Assembly (NCBI GenBank): GCA_963827235.1 | Contig: CAWHAE010000018.1 | Coordinates: 288,001 to 352,000 of the forward strand | Direction: 5' to 3' | Length of the DNA stretch: 64,000 bases | From: an uncultured bacterium | GTDB taxonomy: Bacteria > Chloroflexota > UBA5177 > JANWHV01 | In this document: positions 45,206 to 54,535 of the stretch, piece after piece | How positions within the stretch are numbered: the first letter of the stretch is position 1 | Layout: each line of letters opens with the position of its first letter | Made by a program: the position numbers and the translations under genes | Notes under the pieces: generated by a model | Seen by the model: only the letters and a program-made list of their open reading frames with translations | Told to the model about the DNA's origin: nothing | Databases searched by the model: none

Positions 45206-46942
45206 ATGGCGCAGTCAGGATCCGGCGACTCGTTCGGCCTTCGAGCACGGCATGCGCTTGCCGCGGCTCTTGGGCACTCTGAGTTCGCGGACCTGCTGCC
45301 CGGTCTGCCGCGCCTCAGGCCGTGTGAGGGCGCGCCGGCACCGAACGACTCCATGGCCGGCGTCCTTCGACCGTATTGCCGGTGGCTGTGGCGGCAGCGC
45401 GCCCAGGTGTTGCTCGCGCGAGCTGCGCTGGTCGCTTCCGCCTATATCCTCGTCGCGCACTACGTGCTGATCCGCCTGCTTCCGTCAGCGGCAGATGCCC
45501 TCGTCTGGCTACCGGCGCTCGTCCTCGTGTTCGGCGCAGGCTGGCTCGCCGCGGCCAACAGACCGGGGATCCACGAGACCGCCTGTTGGCTTGACCGCCG
45601 CTTCGAACTCCACGACCAGCTCGGCACCGCCTTGGAGCTCGGCGAGGGTGCAGGCAAAGGGTCGTTAGCGCAGCGCCAGGCTATCGCCGCTATGGTCGTG
45701 GCGGGCAGACTGCCTTCCCAGCCCATGGAGGTGCGGCACGCGGGTCCCTGGCTGCTTGCCGGCGCAGTGCTGGCCGCCGGCCTGCTCAGCATGGTGATTC
45801 CCGGCCACGTGATCACCAACGCTCAGCCCGCGTCCCCGGCCGGACCGGCTTCGCGCGCGACTGCTTTGCCCAGACCGGCTGCCCGTGCCGCTACCGGCCG
45901 GCTGCTTCATCCGCAGGCGCCGCTGAAGCTCCCGCCGTCGGCCACGCGACCAAGTGCGCGCGGAGGCAGTAAAGCTGCCGCCACGAGCGTGCCGCTGCTC
46001 TCCTCGTCGCTGCAGATCCGGCTCGCGCCCGACTCCGGGGCAACCACACAGCAGACCGCTGGAGGCGCGCCTCGCGTCGGCAGCCTGCCTAGCGGGTCTT
46101 CGCAAGGCACGAAGGCTGCGCGGCAGCCGGCCTCGACCGGCTCGCAGAGCCAATCCGCCCAGCAGCAGACCGGCTCCGGCTCCTCGAGCTCGTCGAATCG
46201 GCAGGGTTCTTCACAGCAGAACGGCACTAGCGGCACCAGCCAGGGTCAACAGGGTTCCGCCAATACGAACGATCAGTCGCAGCAGGGCAACCAACAGCAA
46301 TTGAGCGATGGCGCCCAGACCCTGCCCGATCAATCACCTGCCGGATCGACGTCGCCGGGCGGGCAGGGCCAGACCGGACAGCCTCCGGCGCAGTCCTCGA
46401 CGCAATTGTCCGGCCGCTCGGGCGGCACTCCACAGGCGAACCCTTTCGGCGCCGATCCCGCCGCACCGAAACACAAGTCGAGCCAGCCGCCACCGTCGAA
46501 CAGCACGAAATACGTGAAGCGGGGCCAGACGTCCGCTAACTCGGCTCAGCTGCATGGATCGACGGGCACGCAGCAGGGAGTCCGCACCGGCGGCAAGTCC
46601 GGCGACTCTCCCGACGACCGGCCATACAACCGGTCGGGTTCGTCCCAATCGCCGTCGCCCGGCGGCGTACGCGCCGGTAGCGGCAAGGGAACGCTGAAGG
46701 GGCCGGTGCACACAACTACCATCCAGGTCGAAGGAAAGCCGACTACAGGCAACAGCGGCGGACAGGCGCCGGACCTGGTACGGGTGGTTCCCTACGGCGC
46801 GCAGCCGGGAGAGGCCGCGCAAGGACCCGCCGGCACCGGCTCGGCCACGGTAGAGGGCTATGTGCCGGAGCAGTCGATCGTATTGCCGCCGGACGAGCAG
46901 GCCCTCGTGCAGGCCTACTTCAGCAGTGGATCGAGCTCATGA
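45206..46942 (+). CDS. MoxR-operon membrane protein with a long Q/S/G low-complexity region
   Basis: TM helices, LDRRFELHDQLGTALE, disordered Gln/Ser/Gly tract, C-terminal LPPDEQALVQAYF; stop overlaps the moxR start. Confidence 0.75.
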   Translation: MAQSGSGDSFGLRARHALAAALGHSEFADLLPGLPRLRPCEGAPAPNDSMAGVLRPYCRWLWRQRAQVLLARAALVASAYILVAHYVLIRLLPSAADALVWLPALVLVFGAGWLAAANRPGIHETACWLDRRFELHDQLGTALELGEGAGKGSLAQRQAIAAMVVAGRLPSQPMEVRHAGPWLLAGAVLAAGLLSMVIPGHVITNAQPASPAGPASRATALPRPAARAATGRLLHPQAPLKLPPSATRPSARGGSKAAATSVPLLSSSLQIRLAPDSGATTQQTAGGAPRVGSLPSGSSQGTKAARQPASTGSQSQSAQQQTGSGSSSSSNRQGSSQQNGTSGTSQGQQGSANTNDQSQQGNQQQLSDGAQTLPDQSPAGSTSPGGQGQTGQPPAQSSTQLSGRSGGTPQANPFGADPAAPKHKSSQPPPSNSTKYVKRGQTSANSAQLHGSTGTQQGVRTGGKSGDSPDDRPYNRSGSSQSPSPGGVRAGSGKGTLKGPVHTTTIQVEGKPTTGNSGGQAPDLVRVVPYGAQPGEAAQGPAGTGSATVEGYVPEQSIVLPPDEQALVQAYFSSGSSS

Positions 46943-47919
46943 TCACGCCAGAGGATTTCCAGGAAAACGCCCGGCGCATACTCCAGGAGATCGCCACTGT
47001 GATCGTCGGCCAGGAGTCGGTGAGCCGCGGTGTGCTGACCGCGCTGGTCGGGAATGGCCATGTGTTGCTCGAAGGAGTGCCCGGCTTGGGCAAGACCAGC
47101 CTCGTCCGGGCCTTCGCCGGGGCACTGGGACTCCAGTTCGGCCGCATCCAGTTCACGCCCGACCTCATGCCTGCCGACATCACGGGAACCAACATCGTCT
47201 CCGAGGATGAGATGGGCCGCCGCAGCCTCACCTTTCAGCGAGGGCCAGTGTTCGCCAACCTGGTCCTGGCCGACGAGATCAACCGTGCTACGCCCAAGAC
47301 GCAGAGCGCCCTGCTCGAGGCGATGCAGGAGCGCACGGTGACCGCGGGTGCCGTCTCCCACCCCTTGCCCGACCCCTTCTTCGTGCTGGCTACGCAGAAT
47401 CCCATCGAGATGGAAGGCACCTACCCGTTGCCGGAAGCACAGCTCGATCGTTTCTTCTTCAAGCTGCTCGTGACCTACCCCTACCGGGGCGAGCTGGCCA
47501 CCATCGTGCGCCGCACCTCGGTCACCGGTGCAGCCGTCCCGCATCCCGTGGCCGGCGGCGACACGCTGATCGCCATGAACCGGCTGGTGTGCGAAGTGCC
47601 CATGGCCAGCCACATCCTGGACTACGCGGTGCGGATTGTCCTGGCCACCCAGCCGGAGCTGCAGGGCGCGCCGGAGATAACCCGCAAGTACATTCGTATC
47701 GGCGCCAGCCCGCGTGGCGCGCAGGCGATCACGCTGGCCGGTCGCATCTACAGCTTGATGGACGGACGGTTCAACCTCTCCTTCGACGACGTGCGCGCGG
47801 CAGTGCACCCGGCGCTTCGCCATCGGATTTCTCTGAACTTCGAAGCGGAGGCGCGCGGGCTGACCGCCGACGCCATCCTGGATCAGATCGTCGGCAGTGT
47901 GCCGGAGGTACCGCAATGA
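46939..47919 (+). CDS. moxR: MoxR family AAA+ ATPase
   Basis: HVLLEGVPGLGKT, RIQFTPDLMPAD, DEINRATPKTQSALLEAMQE, ATQNPIE.EGTYPLPEAQLDRF, GASPR. Confidence 0.95.
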   Translation: MITPEDFQENARRILQEIATVIVGQESVSRGVLTALVGNGHVLLEGVPGLGKTSLVRAFAGALGLQFGRIQFTPDLMPADITGTNIVSEDEMGRRSLTFQRGPVFANLVLADEINRATPKTQSALLEAMQERTVTAGAVSHPLPDPFFVLATQNPIEMEGTYPLPEAQLDRFFFKLLVTYPYRGELATIVRRTSVTGAAVPHPVAGGDTLIAMNRLVCEVPMASHILDYAVRIVLATQPELQGAPEITRKYIRIGASPRGAQAITLAGRIYSLMDGRFNLSFDDVRAAVHPALRHRISLNFEAEARGLTADAILDQIVGSVPEVPQ

Positions 47920-47937
47920 CGGCGGCTGAGGTGACCG

Positions 47938-48879
47938 GTGAATTGGCTCTCGCGACTTCGTCGTGAGGCGTGGCGTGGCTGGGCGGATCCGGCAGACCCC
48001 GATCCCGAGGAGCCGCTGCTGAGCAGCGCCTTTCTCAAGCGCGTCGAGAGCCTCAGTCTCAGCGTCGGCCGTCGCAGCACCACAGGCTTCGTCGGCGAGC
48101 ACTCAAGCGTCCGCAAGGCGCACTCGGTAGAATTCGCGGACTATCGCGACTACCGGCCGGGTGACGACATGCGGTTGATCGACTGGAACGTCTATGCCCG
48201 GCTCGGCCAGCTCACGCTCCGCCTCACCGAGGCGGCCGAGGCCACCACGCTCCACCTGCTGATCGACTGCAGCGCTTCCATGGCCTTCGGCGCGCCTACC
48301 AAATTTCGCACGGCGCAACGGGTCGCCGCCGCCCTCGGCTGTCTGGCGCTCGCCCGCTACGATAGCGTGGTGATCGCGCTCCTTCGAGGTGACACGGCAC
48401 AGGTGCTGCCACGCCTGCGGGCGAAAAACGAGACTGGGCGGCTGCTATCGGTGCTGGAGAACCTCCGCGCGCAGGGCGACCTCGATCTTCCAGCCGCCCT
48501 GCGCTCGTTCAGCTCGAAATCGCGCCGTGGCCTGTGCGTGCTGATATCGGACCTCATGGCACCGATCAGTCTGGAAGAGCATCTTGGCACCTTGCGGCAT
48601 ATCGGGCTGGAGCCGGTCGTCGTGCACGTGCTGGCACCCGACGAGGTGCAGCCGAAAATCGAGGGCGCGCTCGACCTGGTGGATTGCGAGACGGGATCCA
48701 CGCTGCTGACGGACGTCAACGCCCAGGCACTCAAGGCGTACGCGGCGCGATTCGCCGGCTGGACGGCCGAGCTGGAATCAGCCTGTCTGCTGAAGCACAC
48801 TACGCTGCTTCGCCTGCTGACCACTCAGCCTCTGGAAGAGGCGCTGTTTGCGGCCATTCGCGGGAGGCTGGTGCAATGA
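47938..48879 (+). CDS. DUF58 domain protein
   Basis: EFADYRDYRPGDDMRLIDWNVYAR, DCSASM, LISD. Confidence 0.92.
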   Translation: MNWLSRLRREAWRGWADPADPDPEEPLLSSAFLKRVESLSLSVGRRSTTGFVGEHSSVRKAHSVEFADYRDYRPGDDMRLIDWNVYARLGQLTLRLTEAAEATTLHLLIDCSASMAFGAPTKFRTAQRVAAALGCLALARYDSVVIALLRGDTAQVLPRLRAKNETGRLLSVLENLRAQGDLDLPAALRSFSSKSRRGLCVLISDLMAPISLEEHLGTLRHIGLEPVVVHVLAPDEVQPKIEGALDLVDCETGSTLLTDVNAQALKAYAARFAGWTAELESACLLKHTTLLRLLTTQPLEEALFAAIRGRLVQ

Positions 48880-50642
48880 GCTTCACTCAGCCCCTCGCGC
48901 TTTTCGGCCTGCTGCTGGTTCCCTTGCTGATCTCGTTCTACATGTGGCGCGCGCGCCACCGTCGCCAGTACGTCTCCAGCACCTGGCTGTGGAGCGAGGC
49001 ACTGGCCGACTACAGCCACACGCCGCACCATCGCCTACCGTTGCGCGAGCCACTCCTGGCCCTGCAGCTGCTGGCAGTGCTGCTGCTCACCTTCCTGTTT
49101 GCCGGGCCGCGCCTCTCCGAGCCGGCGCACGTGCACCAGATCGTGGTCCTGGATGGATCGGCAGCCATGGCGGCAACCGACGTCACTCCGACGCGCTTTG
49201 CCGTGGCGAGACGGCGCGTCGAAGCGATGATCGGAAGCCTGGGGCCTTCGGATAGCATGAGCGTGATCCTGGCCGGCCCTCACGCGCGACTCGTGGGTGA
49301 GATACCCGGCAACGTGGATCTCGCCGCGGCCGTCGACCGCTTGGCCGCGTCGCAGGGTCCTGCCGACCTCGCCGGCGCCGAGGCCGTCGCCCGCGGACTG
49401 GTCACGGGAAAAGGCTCACCGCGCATCACATACCTCGCGGCGCAAGAAACGCCGCCGTTTGCCGCGGGCGGCATTCCACTGTCGACCGAGCGAATAGGCA
49501 GCGCTCCGCTGAACGATCAGAGTGTCGGCGATCTCGCCGTCCGCTGCCCGGCGGGTGCGGGAGCGTGCCAGGCATTCGCCCGCGTGCGCAACAGCTTCGG
49601 CATGGCCCGGCAGGACACGCTTGCCGTGTGGGTGGACGGACGCTCGCTCGGCAGCCAGGCTCTCTCTATTCCGGCGCAAGGCTCCCTCGACCTGACGTTT
49701 ACCGTGCCCGCCGGGGCGCACGTGGTCAAAGCGTCGCTTCTGCACGCGGATGCCGTCGCGTCCGACAACACTGCGTGGGCGCTCGTCCCCACGCCCCTGT
49801 CGCGAAGAGTGCTGCTCGTGGCGGATGATCCGGGCCAGCTGCTCACTGCCTTGCGCGCCGTTCCCGGCCTGTCCGTGCAGGTAACGCCGACCACCGCGTT
49901 CCAGTACTCGGGCTATCAGCAGTATGACCTCGTCGTCCTGGACGGATTCCCACCGGACAACTTTCCGCCCATTCCCCTCCTGATCGTCAATCCACCCGCA
50001 TCTTCCACGTCGCTCACCGTCAAGAAAGGGAACGTCTTCCTTTCGGCCAGCACGATCGCTACGAGCGATCCGCTCGTGCAGGGCCTGGACCTGTTCGGGC
50101 TCTCCGTCACCGGGGAGAGCCTGACCGTGCCGCCCTGGGCGCATGTGATCGTCGGCAGCGCCAACGGCCCCATCCTGGCCGCCGGCTCATGGTCCGGCGC
50201 GCGTACGGCGATACTACCGTTCGACGCCGGCCATAGCCTGCTGGCCCAGAATCTCGCCTTTCCGCTACTGGTCACCAGGCTGGTGGACTGGCTGGTGCCG
50301 CAGGTAGCCGCCGGAGTGACCGCCGGCGATTCGGTGACCCTGCCAAGCGACGTCGCCTCGGTCGCCAATCCGTCGGGCGCGGTGGAGACCGGCCAGGCCG
50401 TGGCCGCCGACCTGCCCGGCGTCTACACGGTCGCCTCGGGCACGGGAGCGAGAACGCCCGGTCAGGCACTCTTCACCGCTAACGCCTCGATGCCCGGAGC
50501 CGCCATCACGGCGGAAGGTGGCACGACCTGGGCCCGGCCCGGCAGCCCGGGGCAGATGCTGGCGGACGCGTGGCCGCTTGCCCTCGTACTGGCGCTGCTG
50601 GCGCTGGGCGCCGAATGGTGGTTCTATGCCATGCGAACGTGA
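48876..50642 (+). CDS. BatA-domain / VWA-domain membrane protein
   Basis: MSFTQPLALFGL..., SSTWLW, LQLL..LLL...AGP, VLDGSAAM.ATD...TRF, C-terminal TM ending EWW. Confidence 0.85.
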   Translation: MSFTQPLALFGLLLVPLLISFYMWRARHRRQYVSSTWLWSEALADYSHTPHHRLPLREPLLALQLLAVLLLTFLFAGPRLSEPAHVHQIVVLDGSAAMAATDVTPTRFAVARRRVEAMIGSLGPSDSMSVILAGPHARLVGEIPGNVDLAAAVDRLAASQGPADLAGAEAVARGLVTGKGSPRITYLAAQETPPFAAGGIPLSTERIGSAPLNDQSVGDLAVRCPAGAGACQAFARVRNSFGMARQDTLAVWVDGRSLGSQALSIPAQGSLDLTFTVPAGAHVVKASLLHADAVASDNTAWALVPTPLSRRVLLVADDPGQLLTALRAVPGLSVQVTPTTAFQYSGYQQYDLVVLDGFPPDNFPPIPLLIVNPPASSTSLTVKKGNVFLSASTIATSDPLVQGLDLFGLSVTGESLTVPPWAHVIVGSANGPILAAGSWSGARTAILPFDAGHSLLAQNLAFPLLVTRLVDWLVPQVAAGVTAGDSVTLPSDVASVANPSGAVETGQAVAADLPGVYTVASGTGARTPGQALFTANASMPGAAITAEGGTTWARPGSPGQMLADAWPLALVLALLALGAEWWFYAMRT

Positions 50643-50651
50643 GGCGCTTCG

Positions 50652-53303
50652 ATGGACATAACGCACCCGTTGCTGCTGCTACTGCTTCTCCCCTTAGCCT
50701 GGCTCCTGCATCGCACGAGCCGGGAACGGCTCCGGCGCTTGCCCTGGCTGCGCGCGCTTTCGGCGCTGTCAATCCGCCTGCTGATCGCCGCGCTGCTGGT
50801 TCTCGCCCTTGCCGGACCACGGGTCACGCAGGCTGCCGGAGGCGTGGACGTGGTGTTCGTCGTCGATCGGTCCGGCACGCTCGACCCGGCGGCGCAACGC
50901 GAGGCCATCGCTTGGGTGCGAGCGGCGCTGGCCGCGCGGTCCTCCAGCGACGACGCCTCGATCGTCTCCATCGGCAGACAGCCCGCATGGTCGGGCCAGA
51001 TCGCCGGCAAGAGCCTGCCGCCGTTGCCGGCGGTGGACCCAAGCGGCACGAACATCGAGGCAGCGCTGCGGCTTGCCCTCGCCGGCCTGCCCGCCAACCG
51101 CTCGGCGCGAGTCATTCTGTTGAGCGACGGTCGCCAGACGGACGGCGACGCACTGCTTGCCGCGCAGGTTGCCGCGAGCCGGCACGTCCCTATCTCCGTG
51201 GTGCCTCTCGTCCCGGCGCCGCGTGGTGACGTCGCCGTCGTCGACGCGTCCGTGCCTGCCACGACACATACCGGCGAGCACATTACCGTGCGGGTCGGAC
51301 TGCAGGCCGATCGAGCGATGTCGGCAACCGTGCATCTCTCGCTCGACGGCACTGCCCTCGGAGAGCGCACGCTCAGCCTGCAGGCCGGACTGAACACCTT
51401 CTTCTTCGCGCAGACGGTGGGCAGCGCGGGCACCCACGTCTTCCACGTAGAGGCGCAGGCGCCCGCGGACCCGGTGGCGCAGAACGATTCTCTCGACGCC
51501 GTGACCACGACGCAGGCGCCGCCGCGCGTCCTCGTGCTGGCACACGACCTTTCAGCCGTCTCGACGCTGGTGCGAACGCTGCAGAACGCCGGTCTGCAGG
51601 TCACCGCCGAACCGGCCAGGGAGGCGCCGCGCACGGCGCAGGGCGTGGCGGTCTATGGCGCGGTCGTGCTGGCGGACGTGCCCGCATCCGACCTGGCGCC
51701 TGCCGCGGTGTCGGCGCTGCGCGCCGCGGTGCACGACCTGGGCATCGGACTCCTGGTAGCCGGCGGACCTTCCAGCTTTGCCATCGGCGGCTACGCGGGT
51801 ACGCCCCTCGAGCAAATGTTGCCCGTGAACAGCATCGCGGAAGCGCATGCCGGCCACGGCGGCGTGGGACTGATCCTGGTGGTCGACCAGTCCGGCAGCA
51901 TGAGCGAGCAGATCGCCGGCGTGTCCAAGATGAGCATGGCGCAAATGGCGGCCACCGAAGCGATCGATCATCTGCAGCCGAGCGACAGCTTCGGCGTAAT
52001 CTCGTTCGCCGATGCCACGCATGTGATCGTGCCCTTCGGCCTGGTGGGCGGCACCGGAAAGCAAAACGCGGCCAAGAAGGAGATCCAGCAGCTGCAGGCG
52101 TTCGGCAACACGGTCATCTATCCCGCGCTTCGCCAGGCCGCGCGCTATCTCTACGCCAGCAAGGCACCGTTCAAGCACGTCGTCCTGATCACGGACGGCC
52201 AGGGGGAGACCGACGCTCCCTTTACCAAGCTCATAGCGCAGATGAAGCAGAACGGCATCACGCTTTCCACCATCGCCGTGGGCAGCGACGCGGAAGTCGA
52301 CGAGCTGCAAAGCTGGGCCACGGAAGGCGATGGCCGCTTCTACGCGACATCCGACCCGCACGACATTCCGCGCTTCGTGGTGCTGGAGACACGCATCAGC
52401 AGCGGACCGACCAGGGTAGAGGGCGATCTGGCCGTCCGGCAAGCCTCGGATGATCCCGCGCTGCGGTCGCTGGTCGGCACGAAGCTGCCGAATCTGCACT
52501 CCTACAACATCGTCACCTCCAAGGTCAACGCGCAGGTGCTCCTGCAGTCCCAGCTCGGCGATCCTGTGCTGGCCCAATGGCGATACGGCCTGGGGCAGGT
52601 CAGCGCGTGGACCGGAGGCAGCACGATCGACTGGGCGCAGGCGTGGCTGGACGAGACGCCTTTCTGGTCGGACCTGACCCATGAGCTGCTGCCGGACGTC
52701 AGTGCGCGGGCGCTGAGCCCAGACGTGCAGCCGACGGCTCAGGGCCTGCGGATCGGCGTCGACTCGCGGACGCCGCAGGGAGATTTCGCCAATCTGCTGA
52801 CCACGCGCGCCACCATAACCGGCACCTCGGGCTACTCGACCACGCTCACGCTGACTCAAGACGGCCCCGGCCACTACGCGGACACGATGCCGGACGTCCC
52901 TCAAGGGGTGTACCGCGTGACGATCGATCAGTTCGACAATGCCGCGCTCATCCGGCAGACGAGCACGGCCGTCGCGGTCCCCTACCCGGCTGAGTACCGG
53001 ATCATGGTGCCCGACCTCGATCTGCTCGCCGCGATCGCCGCCGCCGGTGGCGCGGCCACGATCGGCGAGCCCTCTCTCGCATTCGATCCCACTGGCCTGG
53101 TTCGCTACTCCACCCGTGCCGATGTCTGGCCCACGATGGCTCTGCTCGCCCTGTTGCTCTATCCGCTGGACGTTGCCATACGCACGCTCTATGCCCCGCC
53201 CATACCGGGCAGCGTGCCCCGCAAGAACGGCCCTGCCACTCCAAAGGAATCCGTGGACAGGCGTGACGAGGACGACGACCCGCGGCCTCTTGGCAGCACC
53301 TGA
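50652..53303 (+). CDS. Double-VWA domain membrane protein with a GATase1-like segment
   Basis: MIDAS-like DRSGT and DQSGS, LSDG and ITDG; GGPSSFAIGGY..TPLE..LPV; PVLAQWRYGLG; YPAEY. Confidence 0.88.
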   Translation: MDITHPLLLLLLLPLAWLLHRTSRERLRRLPWLRALSALSIRLLIAALLVLALAGPRVTQAAGGVDVVFVVDRSGTLDPAAQREAIAWVRAALAARSSSDDASIVSIGRQPAWSGQIAGKSLPPLPAVDPSGTNIEAALRLALAGLPANRSARVILLSDGRQTDGDALLAAQVAASRHVPISVVPLVPAPRGDVAVVDASVPATTHTGEHITVRVGLQADRAMSATVHLSLDGTALGERTLSLQAGLNTFFFAQTVGSAGTHVFHVEAQAPADPVAQNDSLDAVTTTQAPPRVLVLAHDLSAVSTLVRTLQNAGLQVTAEPAREAPRTAQGVAVYGAVVLADVPASDLAPAAVSALRAAVHDLGIGLLVAGGPSSFAIGGYAGTPLEQMLPVNSIAEAHAGHGGVGLILVVDQSGSMSEQIAGVSKMSMAQMAATEAIDHLQPSDSFGVISFADATHVIVPFGLVGGTGKQNAAKKEIQQLQAFGNTVIYPALRQAARYLYASKAPFKHVVLITDGQGETDAPFTKLIAQMKQNGITLSTIAVGSDAEVDELQSWATEGDGRFYATSDPHDIPRFVVLETRISSGPTRVEGDLAVRQASDDPALRSLVGTKLPNLHSYNIVTSKVNAQVLLQSQLGDPVLAQWRYGLGQVSAWTGGSTIDWAQAWLDETPFWSDLTHELLPDVSARALSPDVQPTAQGLRIGVDSRTPQGDFANLLTTRATITGTSGYSTTLTLTQDGPGHYADTMPDVPQGVYRVTIDQFDNAALIRQTSTAVAVPYPAEYRIMVPDLDLLAAIAAAGGAATIGEPSLAFDPTGLVRYSTRADVWPTMALLALLLYPLDVAIRTLYAPPIPGSVPRKNGPATPKESVDRRDEDDDPRPLGST

Positions 53304-53511
53304 ACGGTTCCGTCCGGTACTTTCATGCGACACCCCAACCTCCGCCGTTCGCGGCCGAGTGCCTCATCTCATCGCCTGGATGGCCGATTTCACTTCGCCT
53401 TCCTTGCCCGGATGCGTATGGGGGGAGACTTGCCGGATACAACCACGATAGGCATGTGACGCCGGGAACCGCACGTGCGTTGGGCGCGCACGATGCCCCG
53501 GGATTCACCCG

Positions 53512-54015
53512 CTAGTCCGGCTCGCCGCGGATGGAGGCAAGAGCTTGCTCGATTGCTTGCCGTTCGCCGCCCAGCACACCCATCGCTTCGCCCGGCAGCC
53601 GGTACTCGTAGTCCGACACCTCCGCGCTCGCTCGGAACGTCCCTCCGGCTACGCGGGCCAGGAAAAAGACCGTCATGCGCGGCAGCGCGTAGCCGCTTTG
53701 CACGGCGACCGGCCGCTCGACCACGATCTCCAGACCGGTCTCCTCGAGCAGCTCGCGCGCCAGCGCCCGTTCCAGGCTCTCCCGGCCCTTGGCCCAGCCG
53801 CCGGGCAGTCCCCATTCCCGAGTTGGGCTGCGATAGGTATGCCGCACGACCAGGACCCTGCCGGCGGCGTCCGGGATGATCGCGGCCACGCCGACCGCGT
53901 AGCGGACGTTCGCCAGCCAGGCAATCGCCGCCTTGACTATGCCGGAGAACGGAAGATGGCGCCAAAGCCAAACCACGGCTTCACCCCGCAGTGACGCTCG
54001 CGCCTCTGGGCTCAT
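53512..54015 (-). CDS. NUDIX hydrolase
   Basis: GLPGGWAKGRESLERALARELLEETGL Nudix box. Confidence 0.88.
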   Translation of the reverse strand: MSPEARASLRGEAVVWLWRHLPFSGIVKAAIAWLANVRYAVGVAAIIPDAAGRVLVVRHTYRSPTREWGLPGGWAKGRESLERALARELLEETGLEIVVERPVAVQSGYALPRMTVFFLARVAGGTFRASAEVSDYEYRLPGEAMGVLGGERQAIEQALASIRGEPD

Positions 54016-54518
54016 CGCCCGTCCGAGATGGCACGCGGGGTGCCGGTGAAGGCAAACGGCGGTCGCTGCCGCACCACGAGATCCAGCAGCGCGGCCAGCG
54101 TCACTTCCGCCGCGTGCGCATCATCCTTCGGCAGTCCATCGCGCCTGGCCTGCTCGAGTTCGTCGCGATCAAGCACGGCGTACCTGCCGTCCGGGTAGAC
54201 GAGGAGATCCAGCAGAAGGTCCTCGAAGCTGATCAGGCTGCCGTCCATCTCGGTCGGACGGCTGATATTGCAGTACCAGCCCTTGAGATCGCCGTTATTC
54301 TGCTCGACTTGCCAGATGGCATATCCCTTGCCCAGGTAATAGTGCTCGAGAAAGCGGTCGCCCTGCACGAACTGCAGATCGCCCACCATGGGCTCGCCCG
54401 GACCGTCCCAGGTCGCCAGAAGCAGCAGATGATCCGGCTCCCGGGACAGAACGGCTCCCTGCCAAACGTGACGAATCCGGCCGCGCCAATCCCGCTTCTG
54501 CACGCTCACTTCAGGCAT
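54012..54518 (-). CDS. DUF402 family protein
   Basis: KGWYCNISRP, FEDLLLDLLVYPDG...LDRDEL; ATG 54518 (the longer ORF overlaps the GNAT gene). Confidence 0.85.
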   Translation of the reverse strand: MPEVSVQKRDWRGRIRHVWQGAVLSREPDHLLLLATWDGPGEPMVGDLQFVQGDRFLEHYYLGKGYAIWQVEQNNGDLKGWYCNISRPTEMDGSLISFEDLLLDLLVYPDGRYAVLDRDELEQARRDGLPKDDAHAAEVTLAALLDLVVRQRPPFAFTGTPRAISDGR

Positions 54519-54535
54519 GTTCGCCTCTGCACCGT

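Noticed and set aside
46080-46720. Repetitive CAG/GGC/TCG-rich DNA as a possible tandem repeat or CRISPR array
   Set aside because: There is no fixed repeat-spacer period; it encodes a Gln/Ser/Gly low-complexity protein region.
48534-48875. N-terminal extensions in the ORF track (also 2346, 4440, 6743, 23034, 55058, 59970 and 61773 starts)
   Set aside because: Most overlap neighbouring genes and the rest add non-homologous sequence; SD position, stop-start coupling and family motifs support the shorter starts given.
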